From: Guillardia theta CCMP2712
Taxonomy: Eukaryota; Protista; Cryptophyta
NCBI RefSeq assembly: GCF_000315625.1
Contig: NW_005434645.1
Coordinates: forward strand, 515,181-579,180
Reading direction: 5' to 3'
DNA: 64,000 nucleotides
The translations under genes were made by a program, and so were the position numbers. How positions within the stretch are numbered: the first letter of the stretch is position 1; each line of letters starts with the position of its first letter. This document shows, piece after piece, positions 63,121-64,000 of this stretch. Under the pieces are notes generated by a model that worked only from the letters and a program-made list of their open reading frames with translations, had not been told where the DNA came from and made no database searches.

Positions 63121-64000
63121 TCGCCGGGAGTCCGAGGGCGCTGCCTTCACGTCTTATCTCGTCTCAAGTTCAGCTTGAGAGGGTGGACGGGACACAGGAC
63201 GTCACAGAGTCTCAGGAGTCCGGCCGAGCTTCTTAGCAGATAGAAACCCGGCTACAAGCATGGAAGGAGAGAAAAGGAGGGCGGCGGGGAGGAGGAAAGG
63301 AGGAAGAGAAAAACGAGCAAAGGAGGGAGGAGAGCGAGAAGGCGGTAGGGGAAAAGCCAGCTCCAACGATTCTTGGTTGTAATACCGTAGGGATGAAGGA
63401 GCTTTCGGTAGCTTCTCGTGCAGGTAGATCGCAGGATCTTGTGCCGTTTGCATTGAGCTACTGCATCGCGTTCTGATGTTTGCTTTCCGACAAGTGCAAC
63501 ATCAGGTGATAATGACTTGTGACCTGTCTTCATACATTCGTAACGCAACGTGTCGGCCCAGTCGCCTGCTGCATCACCTTCAGCTACCCATCACCTGCCG
63601 ACAAGCATCTCCTCTCCCTTCTCTCCCCAGAGCACACCTTGTCTTATCATCTCACTGTCTCCTCTATCACCCCAGATTCACATCGTGCATTCGATCATCC
63701 ATTGAATCCCAACCTCCCTCCCACCACCACCACCACCACCACCACCACCACCACCTCCTCCTCCTCCTCCTCCACCACCAGCTCTCAGCCTTCGGCGACT
63801 ACTGATTGCCAGGCTTTGTTGCTAGGCTGGCGGAAACTCTGTGAAGCTGTCCCGCTACTCTCAAGATTCTTCCCGATGCTGTCATCAAACTTGAGACTCT
63901 CACGGCGTACACATCCTATTTCATAGCATCTCGAGAAGATGCCAGCTTCAAAGGAAGTTTCTTGACGCTATATGACGAATGTTGGCAAATTGGCTACGCT

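Noticed and set aside
63200-64000. Possible minus-strand exons at the window end (and at 1-200)
   Set aside because: Reading frame and product could not be determined from the truncated sequence.

Overview
Intron-dense eukaryotic nuclear DNA with many ~45-60 nt GT-AG introns, purine/pyrimidine microsatellites and four N-gaps. Bipartite signal+transit presequences cleaved before Phe point to an alga with a red secondary plastid, most likely a cryptophyte such as Guillardia theta (inference). Gene models were spliced by eye. Recognisable genes: a TPA1/OGFOD1-family protein that appears to have lost its catalytic residues, CLPTM1-like, plastid GGPP synthase, Mpv17/PMP22, CAF-1 subunit B, a class-V PLP lyase, a cNMP-domain protein, TVP38/TMEM64 and a plastid bestrophin-like channel. 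There are also several hypothetical genes, a 64-aa four-exon microprotein and a decayed CRE-like retrotransposon endonuclease. The outstanding region is ~6.5-24.5 kb, which holds three gene-bearing palindromes. Their arms are copies of one orphan gene ('gene A': possible PD-(D/E)XK-like domain plus a coiled coil whose length varies in exact heptad and exon steps). The arms flank a ~1.1 kb intronless, foreign-looking spacer found in both orientations, and the region also contains a template-switch patchwork re-duplication of CLPTM1. A decayed gene A copy shows palindrome-creating micro-insertions whose words match the GC-rich micro-palindromic patches found between genes throughout the window. 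A separate 1.9 kb gene palindrome lies at 30.3-32.2 kb. Misassembly of the repeats cannot be excluded without long reads.
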